A stretch of 64,000 bases of DNA from Nitrospirota bacterium (GTDB taxonomy: Bacteria > Nitrospirota > UBA9217): NCBI GenBank assembly GCA_963818475.1, contig CAWFSF010000006.1:1792001-1856000 (forward strand). Direction: 5' to 3'. Each line of letters begins with the position of its first letter. Position 1 is the first letter of the stretch. A model generated the notes under the pieces. That model had not been told where the DNA came from. It made no database searches and was given only the letters and a program-made list of their open reading frames with translations. Below, piece after piece: positions 1-9,096 of the stretch. Position numbers and translations under genes: made by a program.

Positions 1-1
1 C

Positions 2-91
2 GAGAAGCTCGGCATCCATACGCGTGCAGGCCTCATAAAATTTGCGATCCAGAAAGGAATCATCAAAATAGACGGCGTAGAAGGGAGTTAG
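2..91 (+). CDS. C-terminal end of a NarL/LuxR-family response regulator (partial)
   Basis: Manual translation from nt 2 gives EKLGIHTRAGLIKFAIQKGII...*, a typical LuxR HTH tail (KLG.h.R..L..fA...G.i). Confidence 0.75.
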   Translation, partial: EKLGIHTRAGLIKFAIQKGIIKIDGVEGS

Positions 92-150
92 ACCTTCCCT
101 ATCCTAAGTCGCAAAAGACGTAAAAAACAAACCTGTTTCACCACAGGCAG

Positions 151-175
151 AAAAAGGGCCATCTCCCGATGGCCC
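151..175 (-). terminator. Rho-independent terminator downstream of the DoxX gene
   Basis: Hairpin gggccatc-tccc-gatggccc followed on the minus strand by TTTTT. Confidence 0.7.
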
Positions 176-204
176 ATCTATACTCCACCTGGTTACACTG
201 CCGA

Positions 205-651
205 CTACAGTTTGTCTGCAACGATCCTGTCAACGGACCACTTCCCGCCGCCTTTGATGATCAGCGCGATCGACATGGCGATCACCAGGAGATGAAATTC
301 ATACCCCTCCCCTGCCTGCTTGCCGCTCCAGTTCATGTAGAATCCGTGCTGCAAATGAAGCAGGATAATCGCAACGACCATATTAACGCCGATGCCGAAT
401 GCCGAGATCCTCGTCAGGAACCCGGTGAGCAGGCCGAGCGATCCCAGCCCTTCTGCAATGATCGCAAGAAATGCTAAGACTGCGGGAATCCCAAGCGTTC
501 CCGTGAAGAACCCCATGGTCCCGTCAAAGCCGTAACCGCCGAACCAGCCCAAAAGCTTCTGCATCCCATGGGGAAGGAACACCACGCCCAGCAGAACCCT
601 CAGTATCATGGTAGCGGTATCATCGTCCGTTTGAAATAACCTCTTTAACAT
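205..651 (-). CDS. DoxX family membrane protein
   Basis: [25 protein letters not shown] and GYEFHLL...GGGKWSVD motifs; GGAGG precedes MLKRL. Confidence 0.9.
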   Translation of the reverse strand: MLKRLFQTDDDTATMILRVLLGVVFLPHGMQKLLGWFGGYGFDGTMGFFTGTLGIPAVLAFLAIIAEGLGSLGLLTGFLTRISAFGIGVNMVVAIILLHLQHGFYMNWSGKQAGEGYEFHLLVIAMSIALIIKGGGKWSVDRIVADKL

Positions 652-757
652 ATATACCTCCATTCAAAATGGTCCGATCCAAATCCCCTGCACCCGTGCA
701 TGCCTCCAGATCCACCGTGACCGGTCTCTTACCCTGTCGCCTACACCTTTGCTTATG

Positions 758-1210
758 TCATGCTGCCTGCTGCAGCCCCAGCTTGCGGCACAGATGGCCG
801 AGCTCCTGCAGTTCCTCCTTCGTAAGCACATTCATTTGAGAAGCGATCTTCGCCGCATGGCGAGGAAAGATGCTCTTGATCAGTTTTATACCTGACGGGG
901 TCAGCGTGATCCGGTAGAGACGGCGGTCCTCTTCATCCCGCTCTCGCTTCACCAATTCCCGCTTTTCGAGATTATCGACCACCATGGTGACATTGCCGCC
1001 GCTTTTGAGGATCTTCTGTGCCAGCTCCCGATGGCTCAAGGGGCCAAGATGGAACAACGCCTCGAGCACCCCGAACTGGCTTACGGTCAGTCCATCATCG
1101 TCCAAATGCCTGACCACCCGCGACGTCACGGATTCAGACGCCCGGACCAGCTTGATATAGGCGTCCAGCGCCTGCCTGACCTCCGGAGATCCCTTGTAAT
1201 GTGTTCCCAT
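758..1210 (-). CDS. MarR family transcriptional regulator
   Basis: LTVSQFGVLEAL...SGGNVTMVVDNLEKRELVKR..DRR..LT winged HTH. Confidence 0.92.
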   Translation of the reverse strand: MGTHYKGSPEVRQALDAYIKLVRASESVTSRVVRHLDDDGLTVSQFGVLEALFHLGPLSHRELAQKILKSGGNVTMVVDNLEKRELVKRERDEEDRRLYRITLTPSGIKLIKSIFPRHAAKIASQMNVLTKEELQELGHLCRKLGLQQAA

Positions 1211-1245
1211 AATAGTTCACCAATTAACCATTCAATGTTAAACTA

Positions 1246-1273
1246 ATTATATCGCAACGCTTCGGAAAGTCAA
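1246..1273 (-). promoter_or_regulatory. sigma70 promoter of marR-doxX, with a probable MarR operator just downstream
   Basis: Minus strand TTGACT-16 nt-TATAAT; imperfect palindrome ttcaatgttaaa at about 1231-1242. Confidence 0.6.
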
Positions 1274-1286
1274 GAGGCTCTTTTCT

Positions 1287-1422
1287 GATGGTCTCGTAAA
1301 AGATCACCGGTCTGTCATTGCGAGGAGCGAAGCGACGCGGCAATCTCGTTTTTCCTGCCAACAGCGAGATTGCTTCGCTACGTTCGCAAAGACGGCTTTT
1401 GGACTTTTTTCGAATGCGCCAT
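1287..1422. repeat. Palindromic REP/MITE-like element
   Basis: gtcattgcgaggagcgaagcgacgcggcaatctcg...cgagattgcttcgctacgttcgcaaagac (1314-1393) inside degenerate outer inverted repeats (gatggtctcgtaaaag / ctttttcgaatgcgccat). Confidence 0.65.
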
Positions 1423-1428
1423 TTTTTA

Positions 1429-2187
1429 CTACAGCTCTTTTTTGAGGCGGTACCAGGTCAGGCTGAGGCGTTCGGACAGCGCTCGAGAGGAGATATCGAG
1501 GAATTCCAGGCTGGGTATCGCAGCATAGAATGAGCGGTCCCGCTGCCCGCTCAGGAATGCAGAGGGATGGGGGATCACCTCGAGGCCCTGCGTTTGGAAC
1601 AGGGCCACGGACCGCTTCAGGTGATAGGCGGAGGTTACTAAAATCATGCGTTTTCCGGCAAAGGCGGCCTTCATATTCCTGGCGCTGGCCTGCGTATTGA
1701 ACGAGGTATTGTCGACGGTTATGTTTTTTTTCGGCACGCCGAGGTCAAGGGCAATACGCGCCATCGGGGCTGCATCGGAAAGCTGCGGCCTGCTGGGGTC
1801 GCCGGCGCCGCCCGTTATCACGATCGGGACATGCAAGGAGCGATAGAGTTTCACCGCGGCCACCACCCGCTCAAGCGAACCGGCGCTCGGCATGGGCTCA
1901 AGGCCCAGCGTGGTAAGATCAACGGCCCCGCTGCCCAGCACCACGATAACATCGGCCTTGACGCTCTTGACGTCAACGGGCCGGTAGTCGGCCTCCAGCG
2001 GTGAGATCAGGGCATCCGATACGGGGCTGATGCTCAGACCGTACAGCAGCAGAAATGCAGCAGTGATCAGCAGCCGGCCCACGAGGCGATGGGACCGCTG
2101 CAGCAGGAATCCCAGAATCATGAGCGCCAGGATGCTCGCTGGCGGCAGCATCAGGAGGAGCAGTGTTTTTGTGATGATAAAATCCAT
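1429..2187 (-). CDS. YdcF/ElyC (DUF218) family protein
   Basis: Two N-terminal TM helices; DVIVVLGSG, ITGG, S.NT..SA and LVTSAYHLKRS motifs. Confidence 0.9.
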   Translation of the reverse strand: MDFIITKTLLLLMLPPASILALMILGFLLQRSHRLVGRLLITAAFLLLYGLSISPVSDALISPLEADYRPVDVKSVKADVIVVLGSGAVDLTTLGLEPMPSAGSLERVVAAVKLYRSLHVPIVITGGAGDPSRPQLSDAAPMARIALDLGVPKKNITVDNTSFNTQASARNMKAAFAGKRMILVTSAYHLKRSVALFQTQGLEVIPHPSAFLSGQRDRSFYAAIPSLEFLDISSRALSERLSLTWYRLKKEL

Positions 2188-2348
2188 GGGTGTCGGCCCC
2201 CTTCGCACGAATGATATTCCGGACGGCTTTCGCAAGTATACGGAAAACGCAGGTATTTAAAAAGCGTTTTTTTTGGCGGCGGGCAGGAAAGGCTATGCGC
2301 AGGTTTGATCGTATGGTATATTAATTACCGGAAAGAACGGGGGTTCGT

Positions 2349-2564
2349 ATGGAATTCATTTCAAAAATGCCGTGGGTATTGATCATTCTTGCCTGTCTGA
2401 CGTTGGGGCTTGCCCCCTTTTCACCACCCCATATCTGGGAAAAGCTTCAGATGCTGTCAAAGGGCCACCTTGTGAGGCCCATTGACTGGTTCGATCTCGT
2501 GCTGCATGGCACGCCGTGGGTGCTGCTGATCCTGAAGGGCATTGTTTCACTGATACAGAAATAG
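2349..2564 (+). CDS. Small conserved membrane protein
   Basis: LGLAPFSPPHIWEKLQML...PIDWFDLVLHG, a conserved small-protein pattern with two hydrophobic segments. Confidence 0.75.
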   Translation: MEFISKMPWVLIILACLTLGLAPFSPPHIWEKLQMLSKGHLVRPIDWFDLVLHGTPWVLLILKGIVSLIQK

Positions 2565-2646
2565 TAACTACTCAGGTATGTAGGCTGAAGGTCTCCGGAG
2601 ATTTTCACCTGAAAGCCTTCCACCTTCAGTCTATCCACCTGAGGAG

Positions 2647-3141
2647 TCAATCCTTCAATAGCTCTTCAAGTATCTCTGCCGCATCCTTCACATATCCAGG
2701 ACAGCGTTTTTTGAAATGCTTTTCCTGTTTCGCCGAATTGAGTCCTTCCGAGGTTGTCACGTCACATCCCAGCAGCTCCCTGCAGACCACCGTCCCATGC
2801 CGGGTCTTAAACCTCTCCGTGAACTCGTGGGCGACTTCCTCAGTTTTGTCTTTTGAAAGCAACGTAACGCCCTTTACCCTTGAGTGCTTCAGCCCGATGA
2901 CCATGAGCGCTCCGGTCACGGCGCCGCAGGTCTCCCCCAGGCCCATGCCGGAGCCGAAGGCAGCAGCGATCTTGAGCGCCGTTTCCCGATCCAGGCCTAA
3001 CTGCCGGCCGTAAGTAGACACGACAGCCTGGGTACAGTTTATCCCTTTTTTAAAGCAGGCGACGCACAGGTCAACCTGTTCTTGTGCCGGGTTTTCATCA
3101 CTTCTATTCTTGAACAACACGGCAGATAGTTCTCCTTTCAT
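2647..3141 (-). CDS. C_GCAxxG_C_C family putative redox protein
   Basis: NCTQAV...FGSGMG..ETCGAVTGA...VCRELLG...RC motifs. Confidence 0.88.
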   Translation of the reverse strand: MKGELSAVLFKNRSDENPAQEQVDLCVACFKKGINCTQAVVSTYGRQLGLDRETALKIAAAFGSGMGLGETCGAVTGALMVIGLKHSRVKGVTLLSKDKTEEVAHEFTERFKTRHGTVVCRELLGCDVTTSEGLNSAKQEKHFKKRCPGYVKDAAEILEELLKD

Positions 3142-3249
3142 ATGTTCCTGCTGCAGGCGACCGTCATCACGCCATTTTCCCCTTGATTTATCGTGAAGCT
3201 TGCATTAGATTATAGCCCTATTAACTCATTGACTGCAAGGAGGTTTCTC

Positions 3250-4125
3250 ATGGCAGAGCAGGATTTCTCGAAAAAAGAAAAAAATTATTATACCGACATT
3301 CCCCAAAAGAGCGAAGCATTTTTTCTGAAGGGATCGAACTCCTATGACTGGGGTATGAAGAACCGGCTGGCCCGCATTTTCAACCCGCGGTCCGGTAAGA
3401 CCGTGATGCTGGCCTTCGACCACGGATATTTCCAGGGCCCCACCACCGGGCTCGAGCGGGTCGACATCACGATCAAGCCGCTCATCCCTTCTGCGGACGC
3501 ATTGATGCTGACGCGCGGGATCCTGCGCTCCGTTATCGACCCGTCGTCGACCAACGCGGTGGTCATGCGCGCAAGCGGAGGGCCCAGCATCCTGAAAGAG
3601 CTCTCCGACGAGCGCATCGCCGTGGACATAGAGGACGCCCTGCGCATGAACGTGAGCGCCGTGGCGGTACAGGTCTTCATCGGCGGCGCCAATGAGACCC
3701 AGACGGTCAATAACATGACCCGGCTGGTCGATATGGGCATGCGCTACGGCATGCCCGTACTCGGCGTTACGGCAGTCGGCACCGAACTCGTGCGCGACGC
3801 CCGGTATATCGGCCTCGCGACGCGTATCCTTGCGGAACTTGGCGTCTCCATTGTGAAGACCTATTTCATCCCGGGCTTCGAACAGGTCGCCGCGGCCTGC
3901 CCGGTGCCGATCGTCATCGCCGGCGGCAAGAAACTTCCCGAGAAGGACGCCCTGCAGATGGCGCGCGATGCGATCAACCAGGGCGCCTCGGGCGTGGACA
4001 TGGGCAGGAACATCTTCCAGTCCGAGTCCCCCGTCGCCATGATCGGCGCCGTGCGCAAGGTCGTGCACGATAACGTAAGCGTCAAGGAAGCGTACGAGTA
4101 TTATCTGGATATGAAGAAGAAGTAG
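3250..4125 (+). CDS. lsrF: 3-hydroxy-5-phosphonooxypentane-2,4-dione thiolase / class I aldolase LsrF
   Basis: [42 protein letters not shown] and [11 protein letters not shown]. Confidence 0.93.
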   Translation: MAEQDFSKKEKNYYTDIPQKSEAFFLKGSNSYDWGMKNRLARIFNPRSGKTVMLAFDHGYFQGPTTGLERVDITIKPLIPSADALMLTRGILRSVIDPSSTNAVVMRASGGPSILKELSDERIAVDIEDALRMNVSAVAVQVFIGGANETQTVNNMTRLVDMGMRYGMPVLGVTAVGTELVRDARYIGLATRILAELGVSIVKTYFIPGFEQVAAACPVPIVIAGGKKLPEKDALQMARDAINQGASGVDMGRNIFQSESPVAMIGAVRKVVHDNVSVKEAYEYYLDMKKK

Positions 4126-4167
4126 AAGTTCATCCGTAATGACAGCGTAACGGGGGAGCAGACCGGA

Positions 4168-4256
4168 CCTCACCCTCCCCGCACCCCTCCCATCAAGGGA
4201 GGGGTTATTTTTCGTCCCCTCTCCCCCTCGTGGGAGAGGGCTGGGTGAGGGGGGAG
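4168..4256. repeat. REP-like palindromic element (CCCTCACC/CCCTCTCCC...GGGAGAGGG family)
   Basis: cctcaccctcccc...cccctctccccctcgtgggagagggctgggtgagggggg, nested hairpins between lsrF and the dehydrogenase. Confidence 0.7.
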
Positions 4257-4262
4257 CTTCAC

Positions 4263-5292
4263 ATGAAAGTAGGAGTCTACTTCAAAAACAGCGATGTCCG
4301 TGTGGAAACGCGTCCGGAACCCAAAGCCGGCGACCGCGACATCGTGGTCAAGGTCATGGCCAGCGGTCTCTGCGGATCTGATCTGCTTGAATGGTACCGC
4401 ATCAAACGGGCGCCCCTGGTGCTGGGCCATGAGCCGGCAGGGACCGTTGTCGAGACCGGAAAGCTCGTGACCAATGTCAAACCCGGGGACCGCGTCTTTG
4501 TCACCCATCACGTGCCCTGCAACAGCTGCTACCATTGCCGCACCGGCCATGAGACCGCCTGCACGACCTTCCAGACCGTCAATAATTTCGAGCCCGGCGG
4601 TTTTTCCCAGCTCCTGCGCGTGACCGGCAAGAGCGTTGAGACCGGCACCTTCGTGCTTCCCGATTCCGTGACCTTTGAACAGGCCACCTTCATCGAACCT
4701 TTGGCGACCGCTGTTCGGGCGCTCCGGACCGTGGCTTTGAAACCCGCCCAGAGCGTGCTCGTCTGCGGCAGCGGTGTTGCAGGCCTGCTCCTGATCAAGC
4801 TGGCCCGTGCCATGGGCGCCGGCACGATCATCGCAACGGATATCAGCACCTACCGCCTTGAGAAGGCGCGCCAATTCGGCGCGACGCATACGATAACCGC
4901 CAATGAAGATGTTCCCGCCTTCGTCAGAAAGGTCAACGACGAACCGGCTGGCTGATGTAGTCATCCTCTCCGCCGGCGCGCTTCCTGCGGCAAAGACCGC
5001 GCTCATGTCAGCCGAAAAAGGCGGCACCATCCTCTTCTTCGCGGTCCCCAAACCGGGCGAGACCGTGGACGTCGACTTCAACCCCTTCTGGCGCGACGAT
5101 ATCACGATCAAGACCTGCTACGGCGCAGCCCCCCTCGACAATCTGCAAGCCCTCGAACTTATTCGGCACAACACCGTGACCGTGACCGACATGGTGACCC
5201 ACCGCTTCGCTATCGACAAGATCGGCGAAGCGTTCATGACCGGCGCAAAACCCGACGGCTGCATGAAGGTCATTATCGAACCGAACCAGTAA
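4263..5292 (+). CDS. Zn-dependent medium-chain alcohol/sugar-alcohol dehydrogenase (frameshift near 4940, probable sequencing error)
   Basis: GLCGSD, GHEPAG, CNSCYHC...C and GSGVAG; the C-terminal half continues in ORF 4903-5292. Confidence 0.88.
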
Positions 5293-5384
5293 GCCGAGTC
5301 GTTTAAGCAATGAACGTTTTCAGCCTTTCTCCGTGTCTCCGTGCCTCCGTGGTGAAAAAGCCTTGCCGTTGCCCTACAATTCTT

Positions 5385-5413
5385 TTGACTCTTCGTCACA
5401 TTCCCTTTATAAT
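5385..5413 (+). promoter_or_regulatory. sigma70 promoter of gpsA (probably a leaderless transcript)
   Basis: TTGACT-17 nt-TATAAT; ATG lies 8 nt downstream with no Shine-Dalgarno. Confidence 0.7.
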
Positions 5414-5421
5414 TCCAGCCT

Positions 5422-6423
5422 ATGAACACTAAGATCGCAGTGATCGGCGCAGGCGCCTGGGGCACTGCCCTGGCAATGCTTTTGGCTGACAAAGGGCACG
5501 ACGTAACCCTCTGGATGTACGAGAAGGACCTTGCCGAGGAGACAAGCAGAACGCGCGAGAACCGCGTGTATCTCCCGGGGTTTACCCTGCCGGCTTCCCT
5601 TAAGATAACCTCATCGCTTGAATCGGCGGTCAAGGATATGCCGGTCATCCTGTCCGTCGTCCCCTCGCACACCGTGCGCGCGGTGGCCAGACAGTTCGCG
5701 ACTTTTCTTGCCAAAGACGCCATCATCATCAGCGCTTCCAAAGGCATCGAGATCGAGACGCTCATGCCGTTGTCGGAAGTCTTCAAGGACGTCCTGGCCC
5801 CGCACCACCACAATAATCTCTGCTTCCTCTCCGGCCCGAGCTTCGCCAAGGAAGTAGCGCAAAAGATGCCGACCGCTGTCGCCCTTGCCTCCTATGACAC
5901 AGTTGTGGGGATAAAAGCACAGGCGATCTTCAGCAACTCTTATTTCCGCGTATATACCAACACGGACGTCATCGGCGTGGAGCTTGCCGGCTCGCTCAAG
6001 AACGTGATCGCCATCGCAGCCGGCTTGCTCGAAGGGCTGGGCTACGGGTACAACACCATGGCCGCGCTGCTCACGCGAGGGCTCGCGGAAATGGCACGGC
6101 TTGGTGCTGCCATGGGCGGCAGTATCCAGACGTTCTCGGGACTCGCCGGTATGGGGGACCTCGTACTGACCTGCACCGGAGGTTTATCGCGGAACCGCAC
6201 GCTCGGCGTCCGGCTCGGCAAGGGCGAGAAACTGGACGACATCATGAAGGGCACAAAGACTGTTGCCGAAGGCGTAAAGACCGCCAAAGCAGCGCGCGAG
6301 CTTGCGGCGAAATACCACATGCACATGCCGATCGTAGAGCAGGTCTATCGCATTCTCTACGAGGGCAAGGACCCGGGTCTGGCGCTCAAGGACCTAATGG
6401 CCAGGGACCTTAAGGCGGAGTGA
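5422..6423 (+). CDS. gpsA: NAD(P)H-dependent glycerol-3-phosphate dehydrogenase
   Basis: GAGAWGTALA, SGPSFAKEV, LKNVIAIAAG and GDLVLTCTGGLSRN. Confidence 0.97.
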   Translation: MNTKIAVIGAGAWGTALAMLLADKGHDVTLWMYEKDLAEETSRTRENRVYLPGFTLPASLKITSSLESAVKDMPVILSVVPSHTVRAVARQFATFLAKDAIIISASKGIEIETLMPLSEVFKDVLAPHHHNNLCFLSGPSFAKEVAQKMPTAVALASYDTVVGIKAQAIFSNSYFRVYTNTDVIGVELAGSLKNVIAIAAGLLEGLGYGYNTMAALLTRGLAEMARLGAAMGGSIQTFSGLAGMGDLVLTCTGGLSRNRTLGVRLGKGEKLDDIMKGTKTVAEGVKTAKAARELAAKYHMHMPIVEQVYRILYEGKDPGLALKDLMARDLKAE

Positions 6424-6450
6424 TCAATACAACATCACGCCTGCGACCCT

Positions 6451-7209
6451 ATGAATAAATCAGACCTCACAAAACTCCTCGAAAGCGTACGCGCGGGCAA
6501 GACCGGCGTGGAAACTGCGCTCAACCGGCTCAAGGACCTGCCGTTTGAGGATGTTGCCTATGCCCACATCGACCACCACCGTCATCTGCGCCACGGCATG
6601 CCCGAGGTGATCTACTGCGAAGGCAAGACGCTCGAGCAGGTCGTCGGGATCACGAAGCGCATGCTCAAGGTTGGAAGCGATATCCTGGCAACACGCGCAT
6701 CGGAAGCAGTGTTTAAAGCGATCAAAAAACTGGACCGCCGGGCAATCTATCACAAAGCGTCCCGTGCCATCGTTGTCCAGGATGCAAAGAAAAAGCTGAC
6801 TACCGGTGTCATTCTCGTTTTGACGGCAGGCACCTCGGACATTCCCGTTGCCGAGGAGGCCGCGGTCACCGCAGGAATGCTCGGCAGCAGCGTTCAGACC
6901 GTCTATGACGTGGGCGTTGCCGGCATCCACCGCATCCTGAGCAAAAAGGAAATCCTCGATTCCGCGCGGGTGATCGTTGTTGTGGCGGGCATGGACGGCG
7001 CCCTCCCGTCTGTCGTAGGCGGCCTGGTGGACAAACCCGTGATCGCCGTACCGACGAGCGTGGGCTATGGCGCAGGCTTTCAGGGCCTGGCTCCGCTGCT
7101 CACCATGCTGAACTCCTGCGCCGCAGGCGTGGCGGTGATGAACATCGACAACGGCTTCGGGGCAGGCGTAATGGCGCATAGGATCAACCTGTTGGGAGAG
7201 TCGAAATAA
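6451..7209 (+). CDS. larB: Nickel-pincer cofactor biosynthesis protein LarB
   Basis: PEVIYCEGKT, AGTSDIPVAEEA, VAGMDGALPSVVGG, PTSVGYG and LNSCA.GV.V.NIDNGFGA. Confidence 0.95.
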   Translation: MNKSDLTKLLESVRAGKTGVETALNRLKDLPFEDVAYAHIDHHRHLRHGMPEVIYCEGKTLEQVVGITKRMLKVGSDILATRASEAVFKAIKKLDRRAIYHKASRAIVVQDAKKKLTTGVILVLTAGTSDIPVAEEAAVTAGMLGSSVQTVYDVGVAGIHRILSKKEILDSARVIVVVAGMDGALPSVVGGLVDKPVIAVPTSVGYGAGFQGLAPLLTMLNSCAAGVAVMNIDNGFGAGVMAHRINLLGESK

Positions 7210-7220
7210 ACACCTTTTTC

Positions 7221-7349
7221 TCTCGCAAAGGCGCAAAGGTCGCCAAGAAGGTCAAAAACAAAAAGCATTAAGCGTTGTCTTAATAAAAAACATCGTACTC
7301 AGGTTTTTATACCTTAGATTTCCTTTGCGTACTTTGCGCCTTTGCGAGA
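7221..7349. repeat. Gene-less copy of family-A inverted repeat element (CGCAAAGG trimers)
   Basis: tctcgcaaaggcgcaaaggtcgccaag ... ctttgcgtactttgcgcctttgcgaga around an AT-rich spacer. Confidence 0.85.
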
Positions 7350-7401
7350 AACGCTTTTAATTTTGTTTTTTCGGTCTCAGACTTTTCCTCGCTAAAAAAT
7401 T

Positions 7402-8604
7402 ATGACTACAGCCTACTTCGACTGCTTTTCCGGCATATCCGGCGACATGACCCTCGGCGCTCTCGTGGATGCAGGCGTCAGCATCGATGCCCTGCGCGCA
7501 GAGCTTGCGAAATTGAACCTGCCCGGTTACGAGATCACGGCAGAGAAGGTGATGCGCTCCGGCATCTCTGCAACAAAGGTGCATGTCAGGCTTGATGCTA
7601 AACCTCAACCCGCGCGCCACCTCGCGGACATCGGTCAGATCATCGAAGACTCAGAACTGTCCACATCGATCAAACAAAAGAGCATCAGGATATTCGAACG
7701 TTTGGCCCAAGCCGAAGCCAAAGTTCACGGCACAACGCCTGACAAGGTCCACTTTCACGAGGTCGGCGCGGTTGACGCCATCGTCGACATTGTGGGCTCG
7801 ATCATCGGGCTAGACTTGCTCGGGATCACGACCATTGCCGGCTCTGCCGTAAACCTTGGCTCCGGTTCGATCAAAACAGCACACGGCGTACTCCCGGTCC
7901 CTGCGCCAGCCACGGCGGAACTGCTCAAGGGCATCCCCTCCTACGGGTCATCAGTGCCCTTTGAGCTCACCACGCCGACCGGAGCGGTCATCCTGAGCAC
8001 CTTAAGCTCATCTTTCGGCCCCATGCCGCAGATGAACGTGTCACGGACAGGACACGGAGCCGGGAACAAGGAAATTCCGGGCCAGCCGAACGTGCTCCGG
8101 CTCATGATCGGCGAACCTGCTTCAGCCTATGACGAGGACAAATCTGTCGTCATTGAGACGAACATCGATGACATGAACCCGCAGCTCTATGAGCATGTTA
8201 TCGACAAACTCCTGCAGCAGGGCGCCCACGACGCCTACCTCACGCCGATCATCATGAAAAAAGGGAGGCCGGCGATCCTTCTTTCAGTTCTGACGGATAA
8301 GATGAAGGAAAGCGCCATCCTTGAAACGATCTTCCGCGAGACCACCAGCATCGGCGTCCGGATCCAGGAAGTGGGCAGAAAGAAGCTGACCCGCGAGATA
8401 GAGCTCGTTGAAACGGCCTACGGAAAGGTCAGGGTCAAAGTGAGCAAGCGGGGAGAGGAAATACTCACGATTACCCCGGAGTATGAGGACTGCAAGAAGA
8501 TCGCGGAAGAGAAACATGTACCCTTGAAGCAAGTTATGGAAGAAGCGAAGGGTCTGTTTTCTCGCAAAGGCGCAAAGGTCGCAAAGGAAATCAAAGACAA
8601 ATGA
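7402..8604 (+). CDS. larC: Nickel-pincer cofactor nickel insertase LarC
   Basis: YFDCFSGISGDMTLGAL, VHFHEVGAVDAIVD, PVPAPAT, ELTTPTGA, ETNIDDMNP, MKKGRP and PEYEDC. Confidence 0.95.
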   Translation: MTTAYFDCFSGISGDMTLGALVDAGVSIDALRAELAKLNLPGYEITAEKVMRSGISATKVHVRLDAKPQPARHLADIGQIIEDSELSTSIKQKSIRIFERLAQAEAKVHGTTPDKVHFHEVGAVDAIVDIVGSIIGLDLLGITTIAGSAVNLGSGSIKTAHGVLPVPAPATAELLKGIPSYGSSVPFELTTPTGAVILSTLSSSFGPMPQMNVSRTGHGAGNKEIPGQPNVLRLMIGEPASAYDEDKSVVIETNIDDMNPQLYEHVIDKLLQQGAHDAYLTPIIMKKGRPAILLSVLTDKMKESAILETIFRETTSIGVRIQEVGRKKLTREIELVETAYGKVRVKVSKRGEEILTITPEYEDCKKIAEEKHVPLKQVMEEAKGLFSRKGAKVAKEIKDK

Positions 8605-9028
8605 CCGAGAATCAGCTGGCAAAAATCGTTGTGGATCTTTGCTTAAAAATACATAGGCTTCTCGGTCCAGGGTTGCTAGAATCAGTATATGAAGAGGCGC
8701 TGGCATATGAACTGAAAAAGCTCGGGATCCTGTTTGAACGGCAAATAGGAATCCCGGTCTCATATGAAGACATAAAGATGGACTTAGGATTTAGAGCGGA
8801 TTTAGCAATAGACAATAAGATAATCGTTGAGTTGAAATCCATTGAGAACATTTTACCTGTCCATAAGAAACAAGTCGTGACCTATTTAAAGTTAACTAAA
8901 ATGAGACTCGGACTTCTTGTCAATTTTAATGTCGAGTTGATCAAAGATGGTATCATTCGTATAGCCAATGGACTTTGATCTTAACTCAGGCCTACGCCTT
9001 CCTTTGCGACCTTTGCGCCTTTGCGAGA
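8560..9028. mobile_element. GxxExxY gene bracketed by perfect 30-bp terminal inverted repeats (family A)
   Basis: 8560-8589 tctcgcaaaggcgcaaaggtcgcaaaggaa is the exact reverse complement of 8999-9028; the interior is AT-rich. Mobility is inferred. Confidence 0.65.
8601..8978 (+). CDS. GxxExxY protein (PD-(D/E)xK-like fold)
   Basis: LGPGLLESVYE, FRADL, IVELKS, Q..TYLK and GLLVNFN. Confidence 0.93.
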   Translation: MTENQLAKIVVDLCLKIHRLLGPGLLESVYEEALAYELKKLGILFERQIGIPVSYEDIKMDLGFRADLAIDNKIIVELKSIENILPVHKKQVVTYLKLTKMRLGLLVNFNVELIKDGIIRIANGL

Positions 9029-9096
9029 GACGCCCTTGACTTGATAGTATCATTGCCTTATGACTTTTGAGCACTGCATCACATGAGAGATTAATT

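Noticed and set aside
3250-5292. lsrF as evidence of AI-2 quorum sensing
   Set aside because: No lsrK, lsrR or lsrACDB is nearby; pairing with a Zn-dehydrogenase fits generic sugar-phosphate metabolism.
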